Of a DNA stretch of 49,233 bases, positions 27,295 to 37,742 are shown in pieces (positions within the stretch are counted from its first letter, which is position 1; every line of letters starts with the position of its first letter). Source of the stretch: a virus (Duplodnaviria; Caudoviricetes); the IMG/VR virus record IMGVR_UViG_3300024051_000005, positions 1 to 49,233 of that record; one strand, given 5' to 3'. A program made the translations under genes and the position numbers. A model generated the notes under the pieces. That model saw nothing but the letters and a program-made list of their open reading frames with translations, was not told the DNA's origin and made no database searches.

Positions 27295-27479
27295 ACTTCT
27301 TTCCCTAGCAGCTTCGCTGCACAATCTTTTGGTTTAACATTTGAAAGATAACATTCAAGAACAGCATCAATTACATCCATTAGGAATGTCGAGACAGTGT
27401 CTGAGTGGAAAGTTGTTATATCTCTGATTTCTTTACGAACTTTACAACAGTATTCTTGAAATTCTTTATATTTAGACAT
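27291..27479 (-). CDS. Hypothetical protein
   Basis: Likely start MSKYKEF; ATGA overlap with downstream gene. Confidence 0.5.
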   Translation of the reverse strand: MSKYKEFQEYCCKVRKEIRDITTFHSDTVSTFLMDVIDAVLECYLSNVKPKDCAAKLLGKEV

Positions 27480-27651
27480 TATATTCATCCCACTCTTCAT
27501 ATACAGTTTCAGGACTATAACCACCATCAAAAGCATTATCAAGCATATCAATATTATCAATTAAAAGACGATAGGCTTGCTCGCTCGACAGTCCTTCACG
27601 AATTTTAAATAGATTATGTAGGGATTTTAGCCAAATAGATTTGTCGTACAT
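27472..27651 (-). CDS. Small hypothetical protein (59 aa, not in track)
   Basis: MYDKSIW...EYNV*, AAGGAG RBS. Confidence 0.55.
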   Translation of the reverse strand: MYDKSIWLKSLHNLFKIREGLSSEQAYRLLIDNIDMLDNAFDGGYSPETVYEEWDEYNV

Positions 27652-27661
27652 TTTATTCTCC

Positions 27662-28612
27662 TTAACCTTTCTTCACATTATTAGCAATCAGTTGTCGATG
27701 TTGCACCCATCCACAGAAATTACCACTCCAAACCTTACCATCACGGTCAACATGTGTTGCGCCTTCTATACAAAGGGCTTCATAGATATTGTGAGTGCCT
27801 TCGTAAAGAGGTTCCATCGGCGTTGCCTGATGTTCAAACGGACTTGCATGAACGGGTTCAGACTCTACTAGTCGATCATAAATCATCTGTGCCTTTTCAA
27901 GACTATCATCTAGCTTGCGATAACTAACTTGAGCACAACAACTGGATGAGATTTTTAGAGCATTAGTAATTGATAGCTCGTCATATATTTTTACACCATT
28001 CTCAACTTCTCCAGTTTCAAAACCGTAAGCAATTTTACCCTTGTCATTACGCCCTGTCCAGACATAAGGTACATGCCATTCACCGGGATTGAGTTCAAAA
28101 GGAATATTGTTTTCTAGAGCTTCAAACATCTTCTCGGCAAGAACTTTAATCTCAGGTTGTGCGTCTTCATGTTTACGGAGCCAAAAGAAATTCTCAAACT
28201 CAGTTGCCGTCACGACGGTCTTCATCCACTGGAACGGCTCAAGGGTGCGATTCACAATTTGTTTGTGAGCACCTGCATCATTCATATATATTGCTGCAAT
28301 ACTTGCACTCTTCGAAGCAATACTCCACTCAAATTGAACCCGATCTAGTTCTTCACCTGTCAATTCTTCTTTTGCTTGCATCCCGGCTTGGTTCTTACCC
28401 CAGTGGACAGGTGTGGCAGGATTATTCTGTACTTGCTCAATCATCTTAGCCACAGGGATAGCACGAGAGCTTGCAGCATTACGAGAAAACATTCGGTGAG
28501 TCATAAGTTCACTATGGATGAAACGAGGATATTCAAGCTCAAATGTAGTAATTCGTTTACCGTCTAAAGCACTAATGCTATCTGCAATAATCTTTGCTTT
28601 AATTTGACTCAA
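27662..28612 (-). CDS. thyX: FAD-dependent thymidylate synthase
   Basis: PRFIHSELMTHRMFSRNAASSR, NFFWLR..AQPEI, HASPFEHQA. Confidence 0.9.
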   Translation of the reverse strand: MSQIKAKIIADSISALDGKRITTFELEYPRFIHSELMTHRMFSRNAASSRAIPVAKMIEQVQNNPATPVHWGKNQAGMQAKEELTGEELDRVQFEWSIASKSASIAAIYMNDAGAHKQIVNRTLEPFQWMKTVVTATEFENFFWLRKHEDAQPEIKVLAEKMFEALENNIPFELNPGEWHVPYVWTGRNDKGKIAYGFETGEVENGVKIYDELSITNALKISSSCCAQVSYRKLDDSLEKAQMIYDRLVESEPVHASPFEHQATPMEPLYEGTHNIYEALCIEGATHVDRDGKVWSGNFCGWVQHRQLIANNVKKG

Positions 28613-28754
28613 TTCCTTTCTCCTCTAGTTCTTTTTTAGCTTCTTCCCAAGTTAATGGTAGATCAATTAGAAGTTCCCATGCCATACCTGTTGAGACAAT
28701 TGTATCATAATCCTTTTTATTTTTAATATGGTAGTACCAAGGTTGGCTAATCAT
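28599..28754 (-). CDS. Small hypothetical protein (51 aa, not in track)
   Basis: MISQPW...GIESN*, overlaps dut stop and thyX start. Confidence 0.45.
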   Translation of the reverse strand: MISQPWYYHIKNKKDYDTIVSTGMAWELLIDLPLTWEEAKKELEEKGIESN

Positions 28755-29182
28755 TTTCCAGTGCTTCCGAAACCTTTATTGCCTCGTTCAGTATTTGAAA
28801 GTTCTTCCACTTCCTCAAATACTACTTTATTTACAGGAAGAATCATACCTTGTGCAATACGGTCCCCCGCATTGATTTCAAGTCCCCAGCCTTCTTTGTC
28901 ACAGGCAAGTTTTACTTTGAGTTCACCACGATAGTCACTATCAATGACTCCAACGCAGTTTGAAAGACGAACATCATTTTTAAACCCGTGCCCACTCCGG
29001 CTAAAGACTAACATAACATGATCCTCTGGGATTTCAAATGCTAGGCCAGTTGAGTATGTATGTGGAACACCATAGTCTGTATCACCATTTAGCATAGTGT
29101 AAATATCAAAACAAGCACTGCCATCAGTTGCATAGGTTGGTAGAATGGCATCACTATACAGACGTTTAACTTTAACTTTCAA
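28751..29182 (-). CDS. dut: Trimeric dUTPase
   Basis: SACFD, SRSG, GVIDSDYRGE, DRIAQ, RGNKGFGSTG. Confidence 0.95.
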   Translation of the reverse strand: MKVKVKRLYSDAILPTYATDGSACFDIYTMLNGDTDYGVPHTYSTGLAFEIPEDHVMLVFSRSGHGFKNDVRLSNCVGVIDSDYRGELKVKLACDKEGWGLEINAGDRIAQGMILPVNKVVFEEVEELSNTERGNKGFGSTGK

Positions 29183-29185
29183 ATT

Positions 29186-29332
29186 TTACTCCTTAATAAG
29201 ATTTTTAATAATTTCAATAGAACGTTCCATGCAATATTCATCTTCGGCTGGAACATTAATATCTTTTAGATGGTCTAGTTGTTCTTCTAGGAAGTCAACA
29301 AGAAGATATAGCTCGTCATTATCATATTTCAT
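29186..29332 (-). CDS. Small hypothetical protein (48 aa)
   Basis: MKYDNDEL...IKE* fills gap. Confidence 0.45.
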   Translation of the reverse strand: MKYDNDELYLLVDFLEEQLDHLKDINVPAEDEYCMERSIEIIKNLIKE

Positions 29333-29907
29333 TTTAAATACTCCTTACAAATTCGTTTAACAATCTCATCACCCCACTTATCAAACTCAATATTACAGCT
29401 AGCTCCACTTGTTTGTGTGTAATTAGTTTTGAATAGAATTCGCTTAGTATAATCAAACTTCTCTAATACGTCAACACGATCATCCAGCATCGCCACAATC
29501 GAGTCATTCATTAAATATTTTTCTTTTGTTGCCATGTAGCCAACCATAAAAGGAAAATGTTCTTTAAGCCAATAATACTTTTCTTTGTTATGATTTCCCT
29601 TCACGGAACTAATGAATACAATTCCAAAGTAATTACTTAACTTCTCAAGAGCTTCCACACTTCCCTCAATTGGTTGGAATTGAGAATATTGTAAATCACG
29701 CCAATATTCATATTTGTCTTCAACTTCTGGGAACATTTGATTCAGATCATAAGGTAACAGTTTATTAGATGGTTCCTTATTGACATGATCAACATACTCC
29801 CTTCCTTGAGACAAATCAATTCCAATCTGTTTATAAGCTAGATATCTATACCATGCTTTATCTGATGGACAAATAGTCAAGTCTACGTCACAACCAAGCA
29901 GTCGCAT
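29329..29907 (-). CDS. HAD-family 5'(3')-deoxyribonucleotidase (NT5C-like)
   Basis: DVDLT motif I, PIEGSVEAL, KYYWLKEHFPF, MLDDR. Confidence 0.8.
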   Translation of the reverse strand: MRLLGCDVDLTICPSDKAWYRYLAYKQIGIDLSQGREYVDHVNKEPSNKLLPYDLNQMFPEVEDKYEYWRDLQYSQFQPIEGSVEALEKLSNYFGIVFISSVKGNHNKEKYYWLKEHFPFMVGYMATKEKYLMNDSIVAMLDDRVDVLEKFDYTKRILFKTNYTQTSGASCNIEFDKWGDEIVKRICKEYLK

Positions 29908-30425
29908 TAATTAGCTTCCTCTTCGTGCAAACGAATCACTTCATTAAGATAGAATTGAGCTTTATAAATATCCTCCCAAGTGTTCTTAAGAGGACAACGC
30001 AGAAGATATTGAACGCACTCTTTAAAACAAGATGCTTGGAAGTGACTCATTTGCATCTTATCACTATTCTCAATACGATCAAGAAGAAGTTTCATTAAAT
30101 CTTTAACTTCAAAGTTGTCAGTTAGTTGGTAGTGTTTAGGGGCATTAACAACATCTTCACGTTTAATACCAATAGCCTCATCCACCTTCTCTTTAGAGCC
30201 TTCTGCAACAGCTACATGTTCTTCTGAGCCTGTGAAATTATCAATTTCCTCTACACAGCTATTTTCAAACCACCAGAAATCATCGCCTTTTTCATTAAAT
30301 AGAACAACACTCTCATCTTCTTCATAGTTTAACAGGAGAGTTTTACCAACAAACTGGTCAAGGTCTTGAACATAATTATGCCAATCTTTGTTTAGTTTAA
30401 CCACTTTAAACCAACGTTCACTCAT
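29907..30425 (-). CDS. DUF3310-domain protein
   Basis: DVVNAPKHY...YLLRCPLKNTWEDIYKAQFYL. Confidence 0.7.
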   Translation of the reverse strand: MSERWFKVVKLNKDWHNYVQDLDQFVGKTLLLNYEEDESVVLFNEKGDDFWWFENSCVEEIDNFTGSEEHVAVAEGSKEKVDEAIGIKREDVVNAPKHYQLTDNFEVKDLMKLLLDRIENSDKMQMSHFQASCFKECVQYLLRCPLKNTWEDIYKAQFYLNEVIRLHEEEAN

Positions 30426-30603
30426 TTTCATTCTCCTTTATTTTTAGCAAGGATTCTTCCTCACGCTTAATATTATAAACACTTTTCTTAAAGTCGTCAA
30501 GAGAAGATTCTAAATTTTTTAATCTCTCTTCAAAGCTTTCCATTTTAAGAAATAAAAGCTGTACGTCCTTATACAGCTTAAAATCAGTCATTTCGTTTGT
30601 CAT
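30418..30603 (-). CDS. Hypothetical coiled-coil protein
   Basis: 61 aa ORF. Confidence 0.4.
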   Translation of the reverse strand: MTNEMTDFKLYKDVQLLFLKMESFEERLKNLESSLDDFKKSVYNIKREEESLLKIKENENE

Positions 30604-30650
30604 AGAATATTAGCTAGTAGGCTATCTCGTTTTTCTTTTGATACTATAAA

Positions 30651-31283
30651 TTATAATTCTTTTGTTTCAATATTTAAAGAATTATCTAATAAAAGTTTCC
30701 AAATTCTAGTATTTAAACTGCACGCTATTTCAGAGTCAAAATTAACACATTGTGCATATCTGTACAATACTTTTTGTAGTTGTTTAGCTTTTTCTATTTG
30801 CCAAATTTTATGCCCCTCTAATGGGTCTGAAAAGTATCCAAAATTCTTAGTTGTACCATCATCGGTCATCTTTACAATAAAAGGTTTCTTCCTCCCGTTA
30901 GTTGAATTTTTACAAGGCTTCATCTTAGAAACTCCTAGAGGGTACTCTCCGCGTGCTCTATCATGTGTAACTATACTACTATTAACAAAAGCAGGAATGT
31001 ACCTACAAGAATCTGGGCCATATATTTTATTACCAGGAATAAGAATATCTTTATCCAATTGATACCCTTCAAAATAATTCAGTTTAGACCACTTCTCAAA
31101 TTCAGAAAAATATCTCCATCTTTCGTCAACTGTACAACCTCTATAAATCATTGCTGCCTTTTTACTGTAGGGTTTATAACAGCGTCTTAACATACTGTCC
31201 CATTTTTGATAGTGTGAATTATTTTTCACATCGCCGGTACTATCATTTATGCCCCAGCCTGCAATTAAACAAACTTTAGGCAT
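30651..31283 (-). mobile_element. HNH-like homing endonuclease
   Basis: YQKWDSMLRRC..YRGCTV..W.YFSEF..W..QLDKDIL..GNKIYGPDSC..NS; AT-rich. Confidence 0.7.
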
Positions 31284-32046
31284 ATTTCCTCATCAAATAT
31301 TCTAGACTAACTGGCATCGGAAGTCCAAACCCATCTTCTACTTCATTCAGCACCATTACACCACGGAAGTGATTATTACCTTGAAAACCCTTATAGTCTT
31401 CGTCAAAAGGATAACATGCACCATTAATAATACCAATCTGCATATTACCATCAAGTGTCGGGTGAAGAGCCATATCAAGAAGTTGTTTATGACCTACTAC
31501 AAATGATCGACCAACAGTCTTAAGTTGACTCAGAGCCGTTCCACCGTAAGGTTTTCCACTAAACGGATTGGCTAGATAGTGTACATAAAATATACCGTCA
31601 ATTTCAATAGGTTTTAGGAATGGTACAACTTCCCACCCATACTTCTCAAGATTAAGGGTTTCTGTACCAACAAACCCATCAAGCTCTGGCATATCATTGG
31701 CTAGACGATCAAAGCGCTGCTCATGGTTACCAGTACAAAACACCATTCGTGGGCTATATACTTTCTTTCTAAATCGTTTCTGTTGCTGCTGAAGATTCTT
31801 AATAGGGGCAAGTAGAAGCTCCATACCTTTGTTACCAGCTTCTATATCAGCAATCAAACGTCTACCTTCAAATGATTTCTTACCTTTATCGTAGCTAGAT
31901 AGGGATTCAAAATCATAATGATCACCAATGTGGACAATAACATCTGGGCGTTTTTCAGCAATGTATTTACCAATTGAAGACATATAACTCAAATCGTGTC
32001 CCGGTTTACACTGTGTATCTGCTACGATCAAATGACGATTACTCAC
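31276..32046 (-). CDS. Calcineurin-like metallophosphoesterase
   Basis: DTQ, GDHYD, GNHE, H, GHKQ motifs. Confidence 0.85.
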   Translation of the reverse strand: MSNRHLIVADTQCKPGHDLSYMSSIGKYIAEKRPDVIVHIGDHYDFESLSSYDKGKKSFEGRRLIADIEAGNKGMELLLAPIKNLQQQQKRFRKKVYSPRMVFCTGNHEQRFDRLANDMPELDGFVGTETLNLEKYGWEVVPFLKPIEIDGIFYVHYLANPFSGKPYGGTALSQLKTVGRSFVVGHKQLLDMALHPTLDGNMQIGIINGACYPFDEDYKGFQGNNHFRGVMVLNEVEDGFGLPMPVSLEYLMRKYA

Positions 32047-32378
32047 TTAAACCACTCCTCATATTCAATTTCATTCTGCCAAAGAAGTTTAATCCTTGGG
32101 AAGTTTTGAGCAAAAGTAGACAAACTACCTCTGTCTTTAATTGCATCTTCAAAAGCCCACTCAACATGAATATCTGTCTCAATAGCTTTGATTAAAGATT
32201 TAACAGCTTCTTGATAATCTTCTTCTCTGTGATTGCTGATGTTGTAACTTCCGTTAGTAACAATCCATACAATCTTCTTTGGAGATTCTTCAGCCTTCTT
32301 GATTCGCTTATCAGCTTCTTCTCTTGCCCACCTAAGCTGATCAATTGTCAAACTATCGAGATATTCAGTTGTACTCAA
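32043..32378 (-). CDS. Hypothetical protein
   Basis: 111 aa, coupled. Confidence 0.5.
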   Translation of the reverse strand: MSTTEYLDSLTIDQLRWAREEADKRIKKAEESPKKIVWIVTNGSYNISNHREEDYQEAVKSLIKAIETDIHVEWAFEDAIKDRGSLSTFAQNFPRIKLLWQNEIEYEEWFK

Positions 32379-33158
32379 TTTCCATCCTCCAACATATCTA
32401 ATTCTACTTCACTGATGTAGTCGTCTAGAAACCCTAGAGCGTCTGACAATGAATCTGTAATATTAGATGGGTCTAAACAAATAGCATTTAAATTATCTCT
32501 ACAATCCTTAATTGTGTTCCATATTTCAATTAAAAGATCGTGTTTATCACTAGGATTCACTTAAGTTCTCCATCGCTATTGTGTATTGCAGTTTTGATAA
32601 TCTCAATTAAGAGATGTGCTGTTTGATCGAAGATTAGATGTTGTGCTTCTAAAGGAAGAGTATAGAAGCCTTGACGAACAATCTCTAAATCTTCAATGTA
32701 TTGAGTGTAAGTAAAATTGTTCTCTTCAATTTGTTTCTGTTTCTTAATCTTGTTCAAATCAAAAATATTATCTTTCATTGTTTACTACCGACTCCAGTAT
32801 TCATTAGCCCAGTCCATCAATTCCTCAAGTTCAGGTTCGTTGTCCACTTTTGTAGACATTAATGCTGAGACAATCTCACAAATAAAATAAGGATTTATAT
32901 AACCATAATAATTTTCACTTTTCTCAGAAGCTTGTTTTAAGAAGGTAATAAGTTCTTGTCTAAAATCAGGTTTCATGCATACTTCTCTTGATATTCCTCA
33001 TCTGGATGTTCAATCCAATCATTTTCAATGTTAGCATGCTTTAAAACAGCCCACATTTCATCTCCACTTCCATGACCAGAATAGATTTGTTCGCCAGTGT
33101 CACTATCAATAATAACAAGCCAATCACCACAATAAGGGGTATGGAATTCTAGTTTCAT
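32375..33158 (-). CDS. Four small hypothetical ORFs (32375-32560, 32557-32778, 32785-32976, 32973-33158)
   Basis: Tightly packed or overlapping 61-73 aa ORFs. Confidence 0.5.
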
Positions 33159-33254
33159 GCAACACTCCTCAAAATCTCATTAAGCCAAACACAAACAAAT
33201 ACAAAGAATTGAACTTGTGCAGCAAAGCTATGATGTTCCCAGAATTCTAAATAA

Positions 33255-34046
33255 TTATCGTAAGTATTCATCTTCAAGTTCCTCAATAAATTTTTCTGCG
33301 TCTATCCCAAATTCTTCACAGTATTCATAGAAAGGATTTCCGTAGAAATGCTGTCCTTTAATCTTTTTAGTCTGCCTAAGAATGTAGCCCATCTGAAGTG
33401 TCATTACAGCCTTGGCTTCATCTTTTGTCATTCTTGTAGTTTTCCTGCAATTGTATTTGTCCAAGCATCAGATGAAACAGATTGAATACTACCACTAGAC
33501 ATTGAGAAAGGAGAGCACCTTTTACATGAACAACTAATACTTAGTGGTTTCATTCGATCTTCTGGAGATAGAGATTCAAAATAACATTTCTGTTCAGGCT
33601 CTCTTTTCCACCAATTCTCGTCGGGATTCTTTTTTGGGGGATTGGATGGACACTCATCAAACAACTTCTTAGTTTCTTCCCAAAACTCATCTGTAAAAAC
33701 AGAGGGCGGAGAATCAATAATCAATTGTTCAATAGCTGGAACTTTCTTCTGTTCAAGAAGAATATCGAGTTTATTCTCAATTCTAGCTAGTTGAACAGAA
33801 AGCTCTTGGAATGCTTCTAGTCTTGTTAGTTTCTTAGTCATTATATTTCACCTCAATTTTTAAAGCTTCTAGAATATCAGCCACAAGAGTTGGAGATTCA
33901 ATAATCCCTTTATCCATTTGGAATAGGGATTCTGCGTCAAAGATTTCATTTTCTTCAATCCAATTGTTAATTAGACGTTGAACTTCTACAGTTGTAAATC
34001 CATCCCAAGTCCAATCTGCTGAATAATGTTCATTCTTAATCCTCAT
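33255..34046 (-). CDS. Three hypothetical ORFs (33255-33431, 33428-33841, 33834-34046)
   Basis: Overlapping stop/start codons. Confidence 0.5.
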
Positions 34047-34619
34047 TTATTGTTCTCCTCGTGACAGAATGTTACGAACTTGATTTCGTCTCTGCTCTGC
34101 ATTCTTAGCAGGAACATCTCCATTATCCGAAATAAACTTCTTATCTTCTTTCTTCTTACAAATATCAATAACTTTCTTTTCTACAACAGCTTGATCCCAA
34201 GTTAGCCCTTGAGCTTCCATTAGTGATTTAATTGCATGATCATTTTTACAGAGTATTTGCAATCCGTCAAATCCTACCATAAGAATGTTTTCAAAATAGC
34301 TTCTAAATTCATCTAAGTTTGTGAATTTACTATGTCCAATCTTATGGTCACATTCAATTTCGTTTAGCTTAAATAGCTTATCACAAATTTCACATCTAAA
34401 CAACCATTTAGTTCTAGTTGTTTCATCCATATCTGGAACAGTGTTCATATAAAGATAAGCTAGCTTTGTATCTGACTTCATCCAAGCTTGACGAATTGCA
34501 GAACGAACAATAGACATGACATATTGTTCTTTTGGTTTTCCATCCTTATCTAGCTTCTTCAAGAACTCTTTAAGTTTGTCTTCCCTCTTTTTGATGTCTG
34601 CTTTTGTTGGTACTGTCAT
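34047..34619 (-). CDS. HNH nuclease with zinc finger
   Basis: CEIC..ECDHKIG..LQILCKNDH; near exonuclease. Confidence 0.7.
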   Translation of the reverse strand: MTVPTKADIKKREDKLKEFLKKLDKDGKPKEQYVMSIVRSAIRQAWMKSDTKLAYLYMNTVPDMDETTRTKWLFRCEICDKLFKLNEIECDHKIGHSKFTNLDEFRSYFENILMVGFDGLQILCKNDHAIKSLMEAQGLTWDQAVVEKKVIDICKKKEDKKFISDNGDVPAKNAEQRRNQVRNILSRGEQ

Positions 34620-34834
34620 TCAGCAAGCACCAAAGGTTTTACTTCGTAGATGTCTTGTTCGCTTAACTTTTTATCTTTTAGGTGACTCTCGTGAGAGTGC
34701 CCCCACATACGCTTTGTCCACTGATAGAATCCAGCACCAGCGGCATTCTTGGTTTCAAATACAGAACTCTTAGTTCCGGCAAGCTCTCCGGTTTCTTTAT
34801 TAATGATAATCCAACCATAAATTTTCTTATTCAC
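34616..34834 (-). CDS. Hypothetical protein
   Basis: 72 aa, coupled. Confidence 0.45.
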   Translation of the reverse strand: MNKKIYGWIIINKETGELAGTKSSVFETKNAAGAGFYQWTKRMWGHSHESHLKDKKLSEQDIYEVKPLVLAE

Positions 34835-35898
34835 ATTTCAATCTCCATAGCTTTTAAAAAGTCTCTAACATGCCCCACATCTTTATTAACATCAGTTCGC
34901 ATTCTAAGAAGCTGATACTGTTCATTCAGATGATTCAACCAATTCCAGGATAATTCACTGTCTCTGAAAGAATATACGGCTCTTACCTCTTCTCCATAAT
35001 AGCCTCTATAAGCCTCTACAACACGCTCAAATACATCTTTAGGACTATCTAGACCTGATAGTAAGGCTCTAGCTGTTTTCTCTCCTATACCACCCTTACC
35101 GGGCTTCCTGATGCCATACTTCTCAAACATCTCATCAGGTAGTTGCGGTAGTCCGGGAATGGTGTCAATCGTATCGCCTTGAAGGAGTTGACAAGCTAAA
35201 TTCTCTGCTGCCTCTTGCTGCGTAATCGGGACAAGTCCAAGCTCTGGTTTATCGAAATTATATTGAAGACAAGGAATTTGACCTAGGTCTTTATCAATGA
35301 ACACAGCTACAGAATCTAATTTATCATGATCTTTACCAGAACGAATCCAAGATTCCCACATTAACTGAGAGATAATATCATCGCTCTCAACTCCATCGTA
35401 AGTAACAATCTTATCTTTATACTTCCAAAGCATATAGTCTTTAACAACATCATAAAGAATAGGCTTTTGTGGTCTTTCGGATTTATATGGAACAGTTTGT
35501 GCTAAATCATATCGGAAGTTAGTTCCAGTACCAAAACAGATAACAAAGTCTTTGCACCAAGGTTGTGATGTAATAGCCTCGATTTTGTTTTTAAACCGTC
35601 CTTTGACAATCGTCTCCGCTGAAACATTGCCTTCTGATACTAGCTCAACAACGTCTTGAATGTCAAATACATCAAGACGAACAGCTTCAAGCCCTTTCTC
35701 GATTCTCTTTGTATTGAATTCGTTTAGCCAACCACCATTCTTTTTCTTCCAATGACCATAGAATTCAGTACGATTATTGAAAGTTAGAGTCCGACCAGTG
35801 TTTTTCCCGACTACTTTGATGCTTGTCTTTTGTCCTGCTAAAGCAGCGTGAATAATCAAAGTGTCGATATCAACCAATGCTGTATATTGTTTAGTCAT
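34831..35898 (-). CDS. 5'-3' exonuclease (T7 gp6/T5 D15-like FEN)
   Basis: DID, NFRY..YK, ESDD, DKDL, GDTIDTIPG, GIGEKTA. Confidence 0.88.
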   Translation of the reverse strand: MTKQYTALVDIDTLIIHAALAGQKTSIKVVGKNTGRTLTFNNRTEFYGHWKKKNGGWLNEFNTKRIEKGLEAVRLDVFDIQDVVELVSEGNVSAETIVKGRFKNKIEAITSQPWCKDFVICFGTGTNFRYDLAQTVPYKSERPQKPILYDVVKDYMLWKYKDKIVTYDGVESDDIISQLMWESWIRSGKDHDKLDSVAVFIDKDLGQIPCLQYNFDKPELGLVPITQQEAAENLACQLLQGDTIDTIPGLPQLPDEMFEKYGIRKPGKGGIGEKTARALLSGLDSPKDVFERVVEAYRGYYGEEVRAVYSFRDSELSWNWLNHLNEQYQLLRMRTDVNKDVGHVRDFLKAMEIEM

Positions 35899-36070
35899 CC
35901 TCTTCCTCTAGTGTATCGTTGTCTAAGGCTTCAAGGAAAACATAAAAAGCTCTTGAGAAATCTGAGTATTGTTTTGATCCACTATAATCCATAAATTCAA
36001 AACCTTCACAAGATTCAAGATAACTTTCAATGTTGTTCAAGAAGCTGTCATGTGTTCTATATACATCCAT
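35891..36070 (-). CDS. Small acidic hypothetical protein (59 aa)
   Basis: MDVYRTH...EEEDD* fills gap. Confidence 0.45.
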   Translation of the reverse strand: MDVYRTHDSFLNNIESYLESCEGFEFMDYSGSKQYSDFSRAFYVFLEALDNDTLEEEDD

Positions 36071-36585
36071 TAATAATACTCCTTAAGTCTAATAAGAACT
36101 TCTTCAAGTGTTTTATAAATTCCATCTAAACTCATTTCAAGCATCAAATTCAAGCTTAAATCTAGATTCTCAACAGCATATCCATTAAAGTCTCTAACAA
36201 CTCCATTTTCATCTGTGTAAGTGAGCCCAGCCATTTTATCTTTGTATGTCTTACCAAATGAATGAAGATACCCATAACAAGGTTTGTCTGAGGCATAAGC
36301 GTAACCAATTTCCATGGCCGTGCCATCGTCGATACAAAATCCACGAAAGTTATCCACATTCGCAATAATGATATCTGCTTCTTCAATCATTGAAATATTT
36401 TTATTGAAAATTGCCTTAGCAATTTCAAGCTTTGACTTGTTGGTTGTGTCAATTTCTCCATCAAGAGGAATTAATGCTTCAAATCCATAAGTTTCACATA
36501 GTTCCCTATCTTTTTCAGCTTGCTTAACAGCGTCAGGGGAGAAGACTCCGAAGCCTGCCAAATACAATTTATACGCCTTAGTCAT
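36070..36585 (-). CDS. Nucleoside 2-deoxyribosyltransferase/N-glycosidase family
   Basis: Start MTKAYK; YLAG, IF..N...I..AD..IAN...FRG...DDGT..EIGYA, VEN....NLM. Confidence 0.85.
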   Translation of the reverse strand: MTKAYKLYLAGFGVFSPDAVKQAEKDRELCETYGFEALIPLDGEIDTTNKSKLEIAKAIFNKNISMIEEADIIIANVDNFRGFCIDDGTAMEIGYAYASDKPCYGYLHSFGKTYKDKMAGLTYTDENGVVRDFNGYAVENLDLSLNLMLEMSLDGIYKTLEEVLIRLKEYY

Positions 36586-36613
36586 AGGAATTCTCCTAGA
36601 AGAAAGGAGGAAA

Positions 36614-36925
36614 TCAATCCTCCTCTTGTTCCTCTTCATCTTCTTCGTCATCAAGATTGATATAATCCATCGGATTAATACCACTGATAGACCACCAACC
36701 ACCAGTAACTTCAATCAACCATTGAATCTTATCTTGATCCTCTGAAACAACAGTGATTTCCGACTCTTCTAGAGTTCCTTCAATTTCACTATGTTTACCA
36801 AGAACTTCACCAAAGTATGCGTGTTTACCAATTGCTTTGGCTACAACAGAATCATCTTCAACGAACAAGCCAGATAGACTACCCATACGTCCGCAATCAG
36901 CATAGAATGAATATAGTTTTAGCAT
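36614..36925 (-). CDS. Hypothetical phage protein
   Basis: DCGRMG.L.GLF..YFGEVLGKHSEI; acidic tail. Confidence 0.6.
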   Translation of the reverse strand: MLKLYSFYADCGRMGSLSGLFVEDDSVVAKAIGKHAYFGEVLGKHSEIEGTLEESEITVVSEDQDKIQWLIEVTGGWWSISGINPMDYINLDDEEDEEEQEED

Positions 36926-36928
36926 TTA

Positions 36929-37192
36929 TTAATCCTCCAACTCATTGATAATTTCGTTAATCTCTAGAAGTTCATCTGCTTTCTCTTTGAGATTGTCTTG
37001 TTTTGCGTGACTCTTTGCAGCTTTAATCACTTTAGCTACATATTTCTTTTCAAGACCACCTACGTTTACATCTTTATCATAAGCAAATTCTGCTTTAAGT
37101 TCTTTCTGAAGCTCTTTAGCATCCAGAACTTCTCGCTCTAGATTGTATGCACGTTTGAATAGGTCTGCTGGATTCTTTAGTTGTTCGATCAT
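36929..37192 (-). CDS. Small helical putative DNA-binding protein (DsbA/GapR-like architecture)
   Basis: 87 aa amphipathic helices; resemblance by eye only. Confidence 0.35.
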   Translation of the reverse strand: MIEQLKNPADLFKRAYNLEREVLDAKELQKELKAEFAYDKDVNVGGLEKKYVAKVIKAAKSHAKQDNLKEKADELLEINEIINELED

Positions 37193-37202
37193 TTGTTTCT
37201 CC

Positions 37203-37682
37203 TTAATAAATTTCTACACTAAAATTAATTTCACCCATCATTTCAATTCCATCTTCACCCTTATCAATAGAGAAAAGAAGAGGGCCAAAAGGAATCTCAA
37301 TACCAATAGTTGAGAATCGATTAGCAGCACAATAAGTAATCTTACCCAGTTTCTTATCTTTAGAAACTCTTTCATCAAATTCTACAGGATCAATCAAACC
37401 TGTAATATTGTTAATTGTCAGCTTCTCATTCACAACATAAATGAAGTTTAACCAAAGAGCAGCAGAAAGGTTTTTAATCTTAACTTCCCAATTAGGCCAA
37501 TCAGAAGCTAGATCATCCAGTGGATAGTGTTTTATTTCTTTACGTGCTAATTCATCAAAAACAACATCAAATCGACTAAGCAGAATTTGCGCTTGTTGCT
37601 TCCAAACACTATCAATTTGTTGAATTTGTTCTGTGTTGTCTAAAATTCTAAGAGGCTTAAACTCTTTCATATCAAGTCCCAT
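37203..37682 (-). CDS. Hypothetical protein
   Basis: 159 aa, AAGGAG RBS. Confidence 0.55.
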   Translation of the reverse strand: MGLDMKEFKPLRILDNTEQIQQIDSVWKQQAQILLSRFDVVFDELARKEIKHYPLDDLASDWPNWEVKIKNLSAALWLNFIYVVNEKLTINNITGLIDPVEFDERVSKDKKLGKITYCAANRFSTIGIEIPFGPLLFSIDKGEDGIEMMGEINFSVEIY

Positions 37683-37695
37683 TATTATCTCCTTT

Positions 37696-37726
37696 AAAAA
37701 GAAGCGCCTCTGTGTAAGCAGGCGCT
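37696..37726 (-). terminator. Intrinsic terminator after SSB
   Basis: Minus: AGCGCCT-gcttacacag-AGGCGCT then TCTTTTT. Confidence 0.7.
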
Positions 37727-37742
37727 ATATTTATGTTAGTTC

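Noticed and set aside
30600-30650. In-frame 16-codon continuation after the HNH-like gene stop
   Set aside because: Too short to distinguish from chance; the endonuclease C-terminus looks complete.
19794-36714. ORF-track start codons at 19794, 20558, 20865, 21082, 22362, 27560 and 36714
   Set aside because: They extend into upstream genes; downstream starts fit coupling and protein N-termini better.
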